A DNA stretch of 63,895 nucleotides, filler included, from Octopus bimaculoides (Eukaryota), in the NCBI RefSeq assembly GCF_001194135.2. It is 6 parts of 6 records of this genome, joined end to end, with 100 filler letters (N's around TTAATTAATTAA, not from the genome) between each part and the next. Parts side by side here need not be neighbours in the genome. Positions count along the whole stretch, not along the records: positions 55,591 to 62,549 come from NC_068986.1; positions 62,650 to 63,895 come from NW_026338951.1; 4 more parts are not named here. The stretch is one strand, 5' to 3'. The first letter of the stretch is position 1. Every line of letters starts with the position of its first letter. Made by a program: the position numbers and the translations under genes. Under the pieces are notes generated by a model. The model made no database searches. It was not told the DNA's origin and saw nothing but the letters and a program-made list of their open reading frames with translations. Positions 62,291 to 63,895 of the stretch are shown piece by piece.

Positions 62291-62649
62291 AATATATTGC
62301 TCTAGAGAAAGTTGCTTTTGACATTGAATAACGTACTGAGAGAATTTAAGCCAGTTGCAGATGTATGGGTGCGAAATGTACATATCGTATGTACTCTCAT
62401 TACTAGAAAGTGTTTGTGCGTATACAATTATAAATATATGCTACAGACACACATAGCATAACATATATACATACATGCACACGCATTTGCACACACATAT
62501 AAATAAATAAATAAATAAATAAATAAATATATATATATAAATATATATANNNNNNNNNNNNNNNNNNNNNNNNNNNNNNNNNNNNNNNNNNNNTTAATTA
62601 ATTAANNNNNNNNNNNNNNNNNNNNNNNNNNNNNNNNNNNNNNNNNNNN

Positions 62650-63720
62650 ATGTGTGTGTGTACGTGTGTGTGAGCATGTGTTTGATTGCTTATGCAACTG
62701 TGCGCATCATTAATTTTGTCTATTTTAGTGTGTATGAGTGTGTGAGTGTACATACGTGTGTTTATCTGCATTTACGTGTATGTATGTAAATGTATATATT
62801 TTATGTATGTGTGTGTTTTTTGCTAATGTAATTGCTTGCATCTGTAATCCTGCCTTTGTGCACACCTGTTTGAATGCACATCTAGGTGGATGTATACGGG
62901 TGTCTCTCTGTTCGTGTGCACGTGTGTGTTTGTATGTGTGCATGTTTGTGGACATGAGTGTATGTGTATATGTGTGTATAATATGTATGCACTTGTTACA
63001 TGTGCATTTCATTGCTAATGCAATTGTTTGCACACAAAATTCGTCTATCTTTATGTGTATGCATGTATGAATGTGTGCATGTATGTGAATGTGTGTGAAT
63101 GTGTGTATGTGTGTGTGTACTTGTATGTGTGTGTGTGTATGTATCAGTGTATCTGTGTCCATGTGAGTGGAGTGTGTGTATATGTGTGCATGTGTGTATG
63201 TGTGTGCACATATGTCTACTTGTGAGTTTACATGTGCGTGTATGTGTATGTATGTGTATGCATGTATATGTGTGTGTATGTACGCATTTCTCTGTATTTG
63301 TATGTGTGTGTATGTGTATGTATCAGTGTGTTTATGTGCATGTGGATGCGTGTATATGGGTGAATGGGTGTATATGTGTGNNNNNNNNNNTTATGTGCAT
63401 GTGGATGCGTGTATATGGGTGAATGGGTGTATATGTGTGCACATGTGTGTCTGTATCTGTGAGCTTATGTGTACATGTACATGTATGTTTGTGCGTGTGT
63501 GCTTATGCTTGCGTGTTTGTGTGCATGTGTCTCTGCGTGCTTGTGTGTTTGTGTATCAGTGCTAGTGTGTTTGGGTATATGTGTGTTCAGTGTGTTGCGA
63601 CCATATAATGTGCTGAAGTGCAATTTGGAGCCATGCCAACTGTGTCAGCGCACAGTTTGTCTAATTCATGGAAGCATGGAAGAGCAGATGGCAAAAGAGA
63701 TACTAACTGTGTTATTGGCA

Positions 63721-63752
<32 letters not shown>

Positions 63753-63895
63753 GATGACACTGATGATGATGACAATGATGACGTTGATGATGATGAGGAG
63801 GAGGATAATGATGATGATGGTGATGATAGTGGTGACAATGAGGATGAGGGTGGTGGATTGTGGTAGTGGTAGTGATGGTGGTGGTGGTGGTGGTG
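62650..63895. repeat. TG-rich low-complexity tract followed by (GAT)n/(GGT)n
   Basis: Direct reading. Confidence 0.9.

Overview
AT-rich eukaryotic DNA, dense in microsatellites, with 16 N-gaps. Five gaps are 100-bp joins carrying a TTAATTAATTAA spacer. The repeat content looks like a coleoid cephalopod (Octopus-like); this is inferred from repeat style, not from a search. No intact protein-coding gene, rRNA, tRNA or CRISPR array is supportable, and most listed ORFs are microsatellite or N-gap artefacts. The window is mostly fossil mobile elements. Retroelements: several tRNA-derived SINE families (about 30 copies or fragments), decayed CR1/L2-group, RTE and R4/Dong-like LINEs, and a Penelope-like element. 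DNA elements: a Helitron, a Helentron-type HINE, Tc1 and Tigger remnants, and hAT-, Tc1- and piggyBac-like MITEs. Main observations: (1) a 3'-terminal CATGGCC-hairpin-GAAAC motif shared by two CR1-group LINEs and SINE family A, with compensatory stem changes; (2) two twin-priming-like inverted retro-insertions, one linking a CA-rich repeat to the Penelope element; (3) hammerhead-like cores; (4) a CpG-depleted block (~17-36 kb) that may hide a methylated gene body, with only weak candidate exons. All translations and alignments were done by eye; boundaries are approximate unless a TSD or TIR is quoted.
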